Assembly: GCA_944387475.1 (NCBI GenBank)
Contig: CALXFB010000001.1
Location: forward strand, 27,436 to 91,435
Direction: 5' to 3'
DNA length: 64,000 nucleotides
Source of the DNA: an uncultured Clostridia bacterium
Lineage (GTDB): Bacteria > Bacillota > Clostridia > TANB77 > CAG-508
Shown: piece after piece, positions 10,104 to 20,412 of the stretch
Numbering within the stretch: the first letter of the stretch is position 1
Layout of the letters: each line of letters opens with the position of its first letter
Made by a program: the position numbers and the translations under genes
The notes under the pieces: generated by a model
What the model was told of the DNA's origin: nothing
Databases searched by the model: none
What the model saw: the letters and a program-made list of their open reading frames with translations, nothing else

Positions 10104-11339
10104 GTGATTAATATGAAATCAAAAGAAAAGAGAAGAAAAGGAATATCATTAAAAAATATAATAGTATTTTTTGTTGGTATTTTAGTTTTATTGTACTTAT
10201 TAATATTTTATAATTACTTTTTTGTAAAGAATGAAGTATTAGCAAAAGAAACAGTATCAGAAGTATCTGATGTTAAAATAAGTAATAAAGAATTAATAGA
10301 TATAGATGAAATAATAAAAACAAATACAGAAAATAATTCAAGTGAAGAATATGTAACAGAAGAAATAGATTTAGAATATATAACAAAATATGAAGCAAAT
10401 CCAGAATTACCAAAAGGCGTAATACAAGTAATTCAAGAAGGAAGAGAAGGAAAACAAGAAGTAGTAACTAAAAACATATATGAAAATGGACAACTAGTAT
10501 CAGAAGAACAAATAAGTAGTAAGGTAACAAAAGCAGCAGTAAATAAAATAGTAGAAATTGGACAAGGGGTAGGAAGTACATATAAAGTAAATAAAGGAGA
10601 TAAAGTATATACAATATCAGATAGAGTAGAGGTAAAATTAGAACCTAATATTAATTCTGAAAAAATAGCAACATTAGGAAAAGACGTAGAATTAACAGTT
10701 GTAGAAATAAATGGTGAGTGGTATCAAATAACAGGGCAAGGTATAAAAGGATATGTAAAAATAGAAAATACTACATATAAAAATAATGAAGAAGAAAAAA
10801 ATGTACAAGACGAAGAAAAAAATAATAGTGGTGGAGGCTATATTACTCCTTTGAGTTTTGATATGAAACTTAATAAACCAAGTGGACTTAGTTTAGAACA
10901 ATTTAAAAAGATATTAACAGATAGTAAAGATGTAAACAAAGTCATGGAAAAAAATGCACAATATTTTTATTACATAGAAGAACAATATAATATAAATGGT
11001 GTATTTGTAGCAGCAGTAGCAATACATGAAAGCGGATGGGGAACGTCAAAAATATCAAAAGACAAGTACAATTTATTCGGATATGGAGCATATGATTCAA
11101 GTCCATATAATAGTGCATATGAATTTTCAGATTATTCAGAAAGTATAGATTTAATAGCAAGAGTATTTGTTAAATATTATTTGAATGCAAAAGGCACTAC
11201 AATTTATGGTGGAGAACAAGCATCTGGAAAATATTATAATGGTCCGACATTAACAGGAGTAAATAAAAAATATGCAACAGATAAGAACTGGGCAAATGCA
11301 GTATATAAGCATATGGAATATTTATATAACAAATTATAG
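10104..11339 (+). CDS. cell-wall hydrolase with G5, SH3b-like and mannosyl-glycoprotein endo-beta-N-acetylglucosaminidase domains (probable start ATG 10113)
   Basis: G5-like YEANPELPKGVIQVIQEGREGKQEV. SH3b-like GEWYQITGQGIKGYVKIEN. Glucosaminidase AAVAIHESGWGTSKISKDKYNLFGYGAYD. Confidence 0.75.
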   Translation: MINMKSKEKRRKGISLKNIIVFFVGILVLLYLLIFYNYFFVKNEVLAKETVSEVSDVKISNKELIDIDEIIKTNTENNSSEEYVTEEIDLEYITKYEANPELPKGVIQVIQEGREGKQEVVTKNIYENGQLVSEEQISSKVTKAAVNKIVEIGQGVGSTYKVNKGDKVYTISDRVEVKLEPNINSEKIATLGKDVELTVVEINGEWYQITGQGIKGYVKIENTTYKNNEEEKNVQDEEKNNSGGGYITPLSFDMKLNKPSGLSLEQFKKILTDSKDVNKVMEKNAQYFYYIEEQYNINGVFVAAVAIHESGWGTSKISKDKYNLFGYGAYDSSPYNSAYEFSDYSESIDLIARVFVKYYLNAKGTTIYGGEQASGKYYNGPTLTGVNKKYATDKNWANAVYKHMEYLYNKL

Positions 11340-11441
11340 AAAATTCCTTGATATTTTTTACAATTTATTGTATGATATAAGGGTATAAGGCTTTAAATGG
11401 AAGATTTAACTAAAAGACTTTAGAAAGGGGCTAAAATAAAC

Positions 11442-11849
11442 ATGAAAAAAGCGCTATTAGTATTTACCATATTGGTAGTAATAATCGGAGCATTTTTAGT
11501 ATCATCAAATGTATATGCAGCAGAACAAGTAATAGATGAAGAAACAGAAAGTAAAATAGTTGAAATAAAAGATAATGCTGCAAAGTCTTTAGAAGATTAT
11601 CAAGAAAAATATGGTTCAGATGTATATGGATTAGTTGCATATATATTAAATTTAGTAAGAATTTATAGTATACCTCTATGTTTCTTGGGGATTGCTATAG
11701 GAGCTATACATCAATACATAATTGGTATTAGAAAATTGGATACTTTAGAAAAAGGTATGGCTTTAATAGTTACATTTGTAACAATATTAATTATATGCCA
11801 AATTTTACCACTTGCATTTGCGGTGTTTGTGAAATTTGGAAGGGGGTAA
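11442..11849 (+). CDS. membrane protein, unknown function
   Basis: 135 aa with a signal/TM helix plus three hydrophobic segments. RBS AAAGGGG upstream. Confidence 0.5.
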   Translation: MKKALLVFTILVVIIGAFLVSSNVYAAEQVIDEETESKIVEIKDNAAKSLEDYQEKYGSDVYGLVAYILNLVRIYSIPLCFLGIAIGAIHQYIIGIRKLDTLEKGMALIVTFVTILIICQILPLAFAVFVKFGRG

Positions 11850-11852
11850 CAA

Positions 11853-14069
11853 ATGAAAGTACTATTTGCTGTAAGTGATGAAGAGATCTCAGAATCAATA
11901 GTTAAGAGATACCAAAAAGATTATAAACAAATAATCTCATACAAAAATGTATATTACTTTAATGCAATTTTAAAAGAAATACAAAAAGATAAAACTTATG
12001 ATAGAATTGTTATAAGTGAAGAGTTAGAAGCTTTTACACATACACAATATGATCAAATAGACAAATTTATATTTGAAAAATTGGACGGTATTAGTGATGA
12101 AGCATCAAATGTAAAAGGTGAAGATATACCAATTATTTTGATTTGTTCTGACAGAAGAGCAAAATCAGAAGAAATGTTAGTAAAACTATTCGGAATAGGT
12201 GTATATAATGCAGTAATAGGGGCAGATAGAAGTGTAGAAGAAGTATGTAAATTAATAAACAGACCACGTTCTAAAAAAGATGCAAAAATATATTATCAGA
12301 TAGATTCAGAAAATGTGAATTATCAAAGTGAAAACGAAAATGATGTAAGCGAAATAGAAATACAAAACATATTAGCACATTATAAAAGATTAGGAAAAAA
12401 TGAAGATAAATATTTAGAAAGTTTTGATAATATAGCAGCACAATATAATGATACACAATTAAGGATAATAAGCAAATTTTTGCCACTAAATGTAAGAGCT
12501 GTTTTAGAAGAAAAATCACCAAAATATCAACAAGTAATGTCATTTAATAGTAGTGTATCAGATAGATTAAGGAAAAACCAAAAACCAGTTATAGACGAAG
12601 GACCAAGTGAGACATTACTTATGCCAAAGCAAAAGAAGATGTCTAAACCAGTAGTTATTCCTTCAGCTGTTGATATGTCTAATGGCAAGAAATTAGCAAG
12701 AACAAAACAAACACAAGTAAAAGTTCCTGTTCCAGAACCAGAATTAGAAGAATTAGATGAAGACATATTTGAAAATATACAACCAGTAGAACAGATAGTA
12801 GAACCAGTAATAGAAGAACAACCAAAAAAGAGAAGAGGAAGACCGAGAAAAAATCCACTTCCAGAAGAAAGTACTGTTGTACAGCCGGTTAAAAGAGGAA
12901 GAGGAAGACCTAAGAAAAATGTAGAAAAAACAGTAGAAGAAATTTCTGTTTTACCAGGTTTAGAAGAAGAACCAGAAGAAATGATATTACCAGGTGTAGC
13001 AGATAATTATCAAGAAGAAACAACACAGGCAGATAAATTTGAAGAAAGTAATTTGAATGTGCAAAATACATCTAATATTACAAATTTATATAAAGATGAA
13101 GAAGAAAATTACGAAACAAACAATTTTGCACCAAGTAATATAACAAGGGATGTACCAAGAGGAAATATAGATATACAAACAGAAAAAATAGACTTATCAA
13201 GATATTTGATACCTGGTAAGAAAATTGCAACATTTATTGGGACTGGAAAGAATGGAACATCTTTTATAGTGAACAATATAGCAGAATTATTATCAACATC
13301 AGGCATAAATGTAGCAATACTTGATACTACTCAAAATAGAAATTCTTATTATATATATACAAAAAATGAGGAAGAATTAAGGCAAACAGCTTCAAAATCA
13401 ATTCAAGGATTAGCAAATGGAGAAGCAAAAGGAATAAAAGTAAATCAAAATCTTACAGTATATACATCTTTACCAGAAGAAGGGGAAGAAATAATACATA
13501 CAGATAAAATACTTGAAACATTGCTTCAAAATCATTCTTTGATTTTAATAGACACAGATTTTGATACACCTTATAGATATTTTGAACAGGCACAAGAAAT
13601 ATATTTAGTACAAACATTAGACGTGCTAACAATACAACCATTAACAGCTTTTTTGAGGGAATTAAAAGCAAAAAATATCTTAGATGAAAAAAAGATAAGA
13701 ATAGTACTTAATAAAATGGTAAGATTAAAAGGAGTAACAGATAAAACAATAATAGGTGGAATGGCATTTTATAATGACCCTTCAATGTCATTTATGACAG
13801 AATTATTTGATAGAAATACAGTAAAATATGTAGCAATTCCTTTTGATCAAGATGTTTATACAAAATATTTAGAAGGTATAATAGAATGTGATGTTACTTT
13901 AAAAGGATATTCAAAAACATTTATGCAAGCATTAAGAGAATTAGGAAATATGTTATATCAAACAGGAAATGTTGGATATACACCAAGAGTATCAGGTGGA
14001 TATACAAATACAAATAATTTTTCACCAAGTATGAATAATACTTTAAATCAGATGAAAAATAATTATTAA
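11853..14069 (+). CDS. CpaE/TadZ-like protein: pseudo-receiver N-domain, long acidic/Pro-rich linker with two AT-hooks, C-terminal ParA/MinD-like ATPase
   Basis: 738 aa. AT-hooks KKRRGRPRKNP and KRGRGRPKKN. Deviant Walker A region ATFIGTGKNGTSFIVNNIAELL. Confidence 0.55.
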   Translation: MKVLFAVSDEEISESIVKRYQKDYKQIISYKNVYYFNAILKEIQKDKTYDRIVISEELEAFTHTQYDQIDKFIFEKLDGISDEASNVKGEDIPIILICSDRRAKSEEMLVKLFGIGVYNAVIGADRSVEEVCKLINRPRSKKDAKIYYQIDSENVNYQSENENDVSEIEIQNILAHYKRLGKNEDKYLESFDNIAAQYNDTQLRIISKFLPLNVRAVLEEKSPKYQQVMSFNSSVSDRLRKNQKPVIDEGPSETLLMPKQKKMSKPVVIPSAVDMSNGKKLARTKQTQVKVPVPEPELEELDEDIFENIQPVEQIVEPVIEEQPKKRRGRPRKNPLPEESTVVQPVKRGRGRPKKNVEKTVEEISVLPGLEEEPEEMILPGVADNYQEETTQADKFEESNLNVQNTSNITNLYKDEEENYETNNFAPSNITRDVPRGNIDIQTEKIDLSRYLIPGKKIATFIGTGKNGTSFIVNNIAELLSTSGINVAILDTTQNRNSYYIYTKNEEELRQTASKSIQGLANGEAKGIKVNQNLTVYTSLPEEGEEIIHTDKILETLLQNHSLILIDTDFDTPYRYFEQAQEIYLVQTLDVLTIQPLTAFLRELKAKNILDEKKIRIVLNKMVRLKGVTDKTIIGGMAFYNDPSMSFMTELFDRNTVKYVAIPFDQDVYTKYLEGIIECDVTLKGYSKTFMQALRELGNMLYQTGNVGYTPRVSGGYTNTNNFSPSMNNTLNQMKNNY

Positions 14070-14092
14070 TAAAGCAAGGGGGAAAAAACCAA

Positions 14093-15232
14093 GTGGTAAT
14101 GATAGCAGTAGTTGTTATATTAGTTTTAATAGTAATTGGGCTAATATTCTATAATGTAAGAATACATAAAAAAATACAAAAATTTAGAAATTTAAATCAA
14201 AAAATAACAAATTTATATGTTGTACAAGATTTTATGAATGCAATAGGTGAAACATCCACAGTTGACGAAAAAATTAAAAAGATAAATGACATTTTGATAG
14301 AAAGATATGAAATAAAATATTCTACAATAGTAGTATTTGATGGAGCTGAATATCAAGTAAAAGCATCAAATGTTGACCATAAGCATTGGGATGCATTAAA
14401 ATCTTTGCAAGATGTAGATATGTTTAAAGATAGTATAGAATCAGCAACACCAAAATATGTGACAGTAAATAATGAAAATGAAAGACTTCCATATCAACAA
14501 ATGGAATTCGGAAGAGCAAAATCTGCTATATTTTTTCCTCTATATATTGATAATGTATATATTGGTTATTGGATAATAGAAAGTGGTACACCTCATGATT
14601 TTGATAATGTTGATACAACAGTATTAGAAGTAATAAAAGAAAATATTGTTTCTGTATTAAAAACAGTAGTACATCAAAAAACATTAGAAACAATAGTTAG
14701 AAAAGACTTATTTACAGGATTATATTCAGAAGAATATTTATATGGGGAAGGCAAAAAAATTATAGACCAATATACAGTTTCTACAATATGTATGTTTAAA
14801 ATAGCTAATATTGTACAAATTAATAAAGACTATTCAAGAGAACTTGGAAATAAAGTAATAACAGCAATTAGTGATTTTGTTTATGAAAATTTATCACAAG
14901 AGTATGTATTTGTAAGATATATGGGGCCTAAATTTGTCATTGCATTTTCAGGAGTTGAAGCAAATGCAGTTGCAGATTTCTTAAATGATATAAAAGAAAA
15001 GATAGAAGCAATGCAAATACATTTGACAGAAGATGAGATAAAAGAGCTTAATTTAGAAGTTAATTCTAAAAAGAAATTAACTAAAGAGATGGAAAAAGAA
15101 ATAGCTGTTCCAAGATTGAATTTTGTAATATCATCTTATTATAAAGGAACAGGATTAGAGGAAGTATTAAAGAAATTAGAAGAGTATTTAGATAATGCTG
15201 ATCCAAGTGAAAGTGATATAACTAATATATAA
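14093..15232 (+). CDS. membrane-anchored GAF-like / degenerate GGDEF domain protein
   Basis: DLFTGLYSEEYL matches D.LTGL.NR. The GGDEF position reads RYMGPKF, so the active site is probably lost. Confidence 0.55.
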   Translation: MVMIAVVVILVLIVIGLIFYNVRIHKKIQKFRNLNQKITNLYVVQDFMNAIGETSTVDEKIKKINDILIERYEIKYSTIVVFDGAEYQVKASNVDHKHWDALKSLQDVDMFKDSIESATPKYVTVNNENERLPYQQMEFGRAKSAIFFPLYIDNVYIGYWIIESGTPHDFDNVDTTVLEVIKENIVSVLKTVVHQKTLETIVRKDLFTGLYSEEYLYGEGKKIIDQYTVSTICMFKIANIVQINKDYSRELGNKVITAISDFVYENLSQEYVFVRYMGPKFVIAFSGVEANAVADFLNDIKEKIEAMQIHLTEDEIKELNLEVNSKKKLTKEMEKEIAVPRLNFVISSYYKGTGLEEVLKKLEEYLDNADPSESDITNI

Positions 15233-15254
15233 ATGAAAGAAGGAGGAAAGTATA

Positions 15255-15509
15255 ATGGAATTTGATAAAACAATGAGCTTTAAGGTAGAAAGAGAACAAA
15301 ATGTAAAATGTCAAGAAATATTAAAAGAAGTATATGAAGCATTAGTAGAAAAAGGATATAACCCAATAAATCAAATAGTTGGATATATTTTATCAGGAGA
15401 TCCAACATATATAACAAGTCACAAAGATGCAAGAAATAAAATAAGAACAGTAGAAAGAGACGAGTTATTAGAAAAAATGGTAAAAAAATATATAGGATTA
15501 GAAGATTAA
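15255..15509 (+). CDS. ireB: IreB-family regulatory phosphoprotein (UPF0297/DUF965)
   Basis: 84 aa. [37 protein letters not shown]. Conserved position just upstream of ruvX. Confidence 0.8.
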   Translation: MEFDKTMSFKVEREQNVKCQEILKEVYEALVEKGYNPINQIVGYILSGDPTYITSHKDARNKIRTVERDELLEKMVKKYIGLED

Positions 15510-15510
15510 T

Positions 15511-15948
15511 ATGAGAAAACTAGGAATAGATTATGGAGAAGCAAGAGTTGGGATAGCAATTTCAGATGAATTAAATATAACGGCTCAAGGGTTAGAAACA
15601 TTTGAAAGTAAAGGTTCTGATAGATTAATACTTAAGGAATTAGACAAGATATTCGAAAAATATGAAGTAGACACAATAGTAGTTGGAATGCCATTTAATA
15701 TGAATGGGACAATGTCAGAAAGAGCTGAAATAACTAAAGGATTTATCCATAAACTAAAATGTAAATATAATAAAATGAAAATAGAAACAGTAGATGAAAG
15801 ATTAACAACAGTAGAAGCTCATAAAACTATGAATTTTTTGGATGTTAAAAAAACTAAAAAGAAAAGTATAGTTGACACTATATCTGCTGTATATATTTTA
15901 GAAATATATTTGAATAAATTAAAAAATAGTATTTCAAAAAATGATTAA
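15511..15948 (+). CDS. ruvX: Holliday-junction resolvase-like nuclease RuvX/YqgF
   Basis: LGIDYGEARVGIAISD at the N-terminus, and DERLTTVEA. Confidence 0.85.
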   Translation: MRKLGIDYGEARVGIAISDELNITAQGLETFESKGSDRLILKELDKIFEKYEVDTIVVGMPFNMNGTMSERAEITKGFIHKLKCKYNKMKIETVDERLTTVEAHKTMNFLDVKKTKKKSIVDTISAVYILEIYLNKLKNSISKND

Positions 15949-16001
15949 ATATGTTATTATAATTAAAATTGTATATAATAAATTTGAAAGGAGAAAAAAT
16001 T

Positions 16002-16298
16002 ATGAATGAAAATCAAGAATTAGATAACATCATAATATTAAATGATGAGGAAGGAAATGAGGTTAAATTTGAATTTTTAGATTTAGTAGAATTAGATGAC
16101 GAAGAATATGTAGTATTATTACCAGTGACTGAAGAAGGAGAAGAAGAAGAAGGAGAAGTAGTTATATTAAAAGTCGAAGACACAGATGAAGATTCAGATG
16201 AAGAATCTTATGTTTCTATTGATGATGAAGACACTTTAAATAAAGTATTTGAAATATTTAAAGAAAAATTCAAAGACGACTTTGATTTTGTAGATTAA
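16002..16298 (+). CDS. DUF1292-family acidic protein
   Basis: ATG 16002 is preceded by AAAGGAG. The pattern DEEGNEVKFEFLDLVELDDEEYVVLLP is typical of DUF1292, and the gene follows ireB-ruvX. Confidence 0.7.
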   Translation: MNENQELDNIIILNDEEGNEVKFEFLDLVELDDEEYVVLLPVTEEGEEEEGEVVILKVEDTDEDSDEESYVSIDDEDTLNKVFEIFKEKFKDDFDFVD

Positions 16299-16370
16299 TT
16301 AAAACTATAAATAAAGGTGAAGGAAAAGTTTTAAATTTACCTTTGCCTTTTAAAAAAGGAGATGTAACAA

Positions 16371-16850
16371 ATGAAAAATTTCTCAACATGGATATTAGTA
16401 ATGTTTATGGCTATGTTTTTGATATTAAGAGTAATAGTTGCACTTGCTGCACAATTTAAATGGGATATAGCAGGACTTACACCTTTAAACGAACAAATGG
16501 AAGTAATATTATTATTTGTTGTTTTATTATGTATTATATTAGTAATAAAAAGAAAAATAGTTGGTGGATTATTATATTTATTAGCATATGGAATATATTT
16601 TGGAATAGATATTGCAAATAATATCCAGACAATTACAGGTGCAATTACTGGTGATGTAAATATATATATGAATCTATTTGTATCAATGGTAGGTATTATA
16701 TTACCAGTTGCTGTTATGCTTGATTTAATAGCAGATAAAAACAGAAAAGCACATCCTAAAGATAAGAAAACAGACTGGTTTTATACAAATCAAAAGTTTG
16801 ATAGAGAGTTAGATGAAAGAGCAGATAAAAATAATTATAGAACATTATAA
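16371..16850 (+). CDS. integral membrane protein, unknown function
   Basis: 159 aa with four predicted TM helices. RBS AAGGAG upstream. Confidence 0.5.
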   Translation: MKNFSTWILVMFMAMFLILRVIVALAAQFKWDIAGLTPLNEQMEVILLFVVLLCIILVIKRKIVGGLLYLLAYGIYFGIDIANNIQTITGAITGDVNIYMNLFVSMVGIILPVAVMLDLIADKNRKAHPKDKKTDWFYTNQKFDRELDERADKNNYRTL

Positions 16851-16867
16851 CTAAAGAAAAAGAGGAG

Positions 16868-16891
16868 CTAAAACTCCTCTTAAATAGTTTA
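16868..16891 (+). terminator. hairpin terminator
   Basis: AAGAGGAG-ctaaaa-CTCCTCTT. Confidence 0.5.
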
Positions 16892-16918
16892 AAAAATTAG
16901 CATTAAAGGAGTTATAAA

Positions 16919-17266
16919 ATGGCTAAATGGGAAAATAAAACAGATGTATTTTCAGAAGAAAGAAGACATTATAAAAATATGTATTTAGAGATTAGTGAGG
17001 TTATTGAAGATAAAATAGAAGTTAGTCTATTTTCATGTAAAGATGATATGTGGGAAATATATGTATGTTTTGATATAATGGCTGGAATTGTATATGTAGA
17101 TGAAAAAGAAGCATATGAAATAAGGGAGCAAATAAAAAAAAATATAGAAGAAGAATATGAAAAAAATGGAGAACCAAGTGATGATTTTATAAATGAATTC
17201 GGTGAAAAGTATAATATATGCATTCCTGATGATCTATATTTTAATTTTGACTTTGAGAAATTTTAG
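16919..17266 (+). CDS. hypothetical acidic protein
   Basis: 115-aa ORF with RBS AAAGGAG. No recognisable motif. Confidence 0.45.
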   Translation: MAKWENKTDVFSEERRHYKNMYLEISEVIEDKIEVSLFSCKDDMWEIYVCFDIMAGIVYVDEKEAYEIREQIKKNIEEEYEKNGEPSDDFINEFGEKYNICIPDDLYFNFDFEKF

Positions 17267-17287
17267 ACATGTTTTAGGAGAAAGGTT

Positions 17288-17593
17288 ATGGAAGACGATA
17301 TTGATAGAGAAGTTAGAAAAATAATAAATGAATTAAAAGGAACAATAGAAGTAATAGAAAAATTACAAAAAGAAAACCTTATTTTTCTTAAAAGTAGAAT
17401 AAAATATATTATCGAAAATAAGATAACAGATATAAAAGAAATAGAAATAATATTAGACCAATTGTTAATATAGCTTATTGGGGATTATAAAAGTGTAAGA
17501 AAGAATTTTAATAAAATAATTAATTATTATAAAAAAGTTGATACAAAAAAAGCTAAATTTTACCAAGATTATTATATAAAAATAGAGGAATAG
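17288..17593 (+). CDS. hypothetical protein interrupted by an in-frame TAG at 17471-17473
   Basis: A 61-codon ORF, then TAG, then 39 further sense codons in the same frame up to TAG 17591-17593. Confidence 0.35.
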
Positions 17594-17774
17594 TTTTTAC
17601 TAAAATTGTTTCTTAAGGCAAAATAAATTACTTGATAAAAATATTAAATTTTGATATAATAATAACCTAAGGTAAATAATTATGAATAGAAAAATAGCTA
17701 TAAAGAAAGAGTGAAAATAATGAATAAAATAAGATGAATATAAATTGCTTGACTTATTGTAAAAATGAAAGGAT

Positions 17775-18848
17775 GTGATAATATTGAAAAAGAAAAATGA
17801 AATGATAGTAAATAATGAGAATGATATAATTGATGTTGAAAATATTTATCAGGATATACGAAGTAAGATAATAAGTGCAAGAGAAAAAATGATTAAACAT
17901 ATTGATACTACAATGACAGAAGTATATTGGTATGTTGGAAAAATTACTTATGAATTATCTAATAATAGTACTAAAGCTAGTTATGGAAAGAGAATAATAG
18001 ATGCATTGTCTATAAAATTAAGTAAAGAGTTTGGTAGTGGTTTTTCGCCAGTTAGTATTAGAAGAATGCGCAAATTTTATGAGTTATATCCAATATGGTC
18101 GGCAGTGCCGACCGAATTATCTTGGTCTCATTTTCAACAATTAATTAGAATAGATAGAAAAGAGGAAAGAGAATTTTATGAGCAAGAAGCAATTAAATCC
18201 AATTGGGGCTATAGAGAATTAAATAGGCAAATTAATACAAAATTGTACGATAGATATTTAATATCTCCTGATAAAAAATTAATTATTGAAGATTCTAAAA
18301 AAGGATTAATAGCAAAACAACCGGAAGAACTTTTAAAAACACCTTATATATTTGAATTTGTTGGAGTAAAAGAAAACAAAAATTACTTAGAAACGGATTT
18401 AGAAAGTGCATTATTATCACATTTAACAGAGTTTTTATTAGAACTTGGCAGAGGTTTCTCTTTTGTCGCAAGTCAGCAAAGAATTAAGGTTGGTGCAGAG
18501 TATTATTATCCAGATTTGATATTTTATAACAGATTAGCAAAATGTTTTGTAATAATTGATTTAAAAATTGGAAAATTAACTCATCAGGATATTGGTCAAA
18601 TGCAAATGTATGTAAATTATTATAAAAAGACTCAAATGATTGATGGAGAAAATGAACCTATTGGAATATTACTTTGTGCAGATAAAGATGATGCAGTGGT
18701 GGAACTGACTTTAGGGGATGATGTGAAAAATGTATATGCATCTAAATATTTAACTTATTTGCCTACTAAAGAAGAGTTGATTAAAATAATTAGAGATGAA
18801 AAAGAATTATACGAATTATCCAAAGAAGAAGGTGATAAAAATGAGTGA
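17775..18848 (+). CDS. YhcG-like PDDEXK nuclease (DUF1016 family)
   Basis: LSWSHFQQLIRI ... YYYPDLIFYNRLAKCFVIIDLKIGKLTHQDIGQMQMYVNYY (D..(D/E)xK core). Confidence 0.7.
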   Translation: MIILKKKNEMIVNNENDIIDVENIYQDIRSKIISAREKMIKHIDTTMTEVYWYVGKITYELSNNSTKASYGKRIIDALSIKLSKEFGSGFSPVSIRRMRKFYELYPIWSAVPTELSWSHFQQLIRIDRKEEREFYEQEAIKSNWGYRELNRQINTKLYDRYLISPDKKLIIEDSKKGLIAKQPEELLKTPYIFEFVGVKENKNYLETDLESALLSHLTEFLLELGRGFSFVASQQRIKVGAEYYYPDLIFYNRLAKCFVIIDLKIGKLTHQDIGQMQMYVNYYKKTQMIDGENEPIGILLCADKDDAVVELTLGDDVKNVYASKYLTYLPTKEELIKIIRDEKELYELSKEEGDKNE

Positions 18849-19752
18849 AAATCAAAATAAGGGGTTGCATAAAAGCGTAATCAATTGGTATCCAGGACAT
18901 ATGGCAAAAACAAGAAGACAAATAATAGAAGATTTAAAATTAGTAGATATAGTAATAGAATTGTTAGATGCAAGAATACCAATGGCAAGTAGAAATCCAG
19001 ACATTGGTGAGATTACAAAAAATAAGAAAAAAATAATTGTGTTAAATAAATGTGATTTAGCAGATGAAAAAGAAAGCAAAAGGTGGGTATCATATTTTGA
19101 AAATAAGGGAATTCCAGCAGTGTTAGTCGATTCTAATACAGGAAAAGGTATAAATAATTTTATAAAAAGAATAGAAAAAATAATGGAAGAAGAACAAGAA
19201 AAAGAAATTGCAAAAGGAAGAGTTGGTAAAAAAATTAGAGCAATGATAATAGGAATACCTAATGTAGGGAAATCATCATTTATAAATAGAATAGCTAAAA
19301 AAAGTACAGCAGAGGTGGGCAATAAACCAGGAGTAACTAAAAAGAAACAGTGGATACGCATTAATGAAAAAATAGAATTATTAGACACGCCAGGTGTATT
19401 ATGGCCTAAGTTTGAAAGTGAAGATGTTGCTTTAAAACTTAGTTTTACAGGAACAATAAAAGAGGATGTATTAGAAAGAACAGAAATAGCGTATGAATTA
19501 GTAAAATACTTGTTAGAAAATGAAAGAGAAAAACTATGCACAAGATATGGATTAACAAATGAATATGTACAAGAAGTGTTAAATAAAGATAATGAGGAAA
19601 ATTTTAATATTTATGAAATTATGTTAGAAATAGGAAAAAAAAGAGGTTGTATTATTTCAGGCGGAAATATAGATGATGAAAAAACAGCTAGGATTATATT
19701 AGATGAATTTAAAAATGGTAAATTGGGGAAAATAACGTTGGAAAGAATATAG
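18841..19752 (+). CDS. rbgA: ribosome biogenesis GTPase A (YlqF/RbgA)
   Basis: The ATG at 18841 overlaps the upstream stop (ATGAGTGA). WYPGHMAKTRR, NKCDL, GIPNVGKSSFINR, DTPGVLWPKF (circularly permuted GTPase). Confidence 0.9.
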   Translation: MSENQNKGLHKSVINWYPGHMAKTRRQIIEDLKLVDIVIELLDARIPMASRNPDIGEITKNKKKIIVLNKCDLADEKESKRWVSYFENKGIPAVLVDSNTGKGINNFIKRIEKIMEEEQEKEIAKGRVGKKIRAMIIGIPNVGKSSFINRIAKKSTAEVGNKPGVTKKKQWIRINEKIELLDTPGVLWPKFESEDVALKLSFTGTIKEDVLERTEIAYELVKYLLENEREKLCTRYGLTNEYVQEVLNKDNEENFNIYEIMLEIGKKRGCIISGGNIDDEKTARIILDEFKNGKLGKITLERI

Positions 19753-19764
19753 AGGAAATAGAAG

Positions 19765-20175
19765 ATGGAAGAATTAATAGAAAGAAAAAAAGATATTAAA
19801 GATGTAAAAATGATGTCTCCACTTACATGGGCATATATTGGAGATTGTGTATATGAATTATATGTAAGGCAAGAATTAATAAATAAAACAAATTTGAAAC
19901 CACATAAATTACATATAGAAGCAATAAATTATGTGAAAGCAAGTAAACAAGCACAAATTCTTAAAGGTATTATGGATAAATTAACAGAAGAGGAGCAAGA
20001 TGCAGTAAGGCGTGGAAGAAATTCTGAAAACCATCATTTACCTAAAAATGCAAGTGTGGAAGATTATATGTATTCAACGGCCTTTGAAGCATTAATTGGA
20101 TATTTATATTTAAGCAGGCAAGATGAAAGATTAAAAGAAATTTTAGGATTAATTGAGATAAAACCACTTGACTAA
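19765..20175 (+). CDS. mrnC: mini-ribonuclease III
   Basis: 136 aa. LTWAYIGDCVYELYVR and STAFEALIGYLYL. Confidence 0.85.
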   Translation: MEELIERKKDIKDVKMMSPLTWAYIGDCVYELYVRQELINKTNLKPHKLHIEAINYVKASKQAQILKGIMDKLTEEEQDAVRRGRNSENHHLPKNASVEDYMYSTAFEALIGYLYLSRQDERLKEILGLIEIKPLD

Positions 20176-20215
20176 CATTAAAAAAAATGGTATAAATAAT
20201 AAGTACAAATTAAGT

Positions 20216-20290
20216 GGCCCCTTGGTCAAGCGGTTAAGACGCCACCCTCTCAAGGTGGAATCATGGGTTCGATTCCCGTAGGGGTCACCA
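20216..20290 (+). tRNA. tRNA-Glu (anticodon CUC)
   Basis: GGCCCCTTGGTCAAGCGGTTAAGAC..., anticodon stem CCACC/GGTGG with loop CTCTCAA, T-loop GGTTCGATTCC, CCA end. Confidence 0.85.
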
Positions 20291-20412
20291 GAATATAAAA
20301 TATAAGCTATGCAAAAATTTTATTTTGGTAATAGATAATTATAAAGTTTTAAAGGTTTAGTATATTATTTATGTATATTTATGAATATTTTGAATAAAAT
20401 ATAGTATAATTG

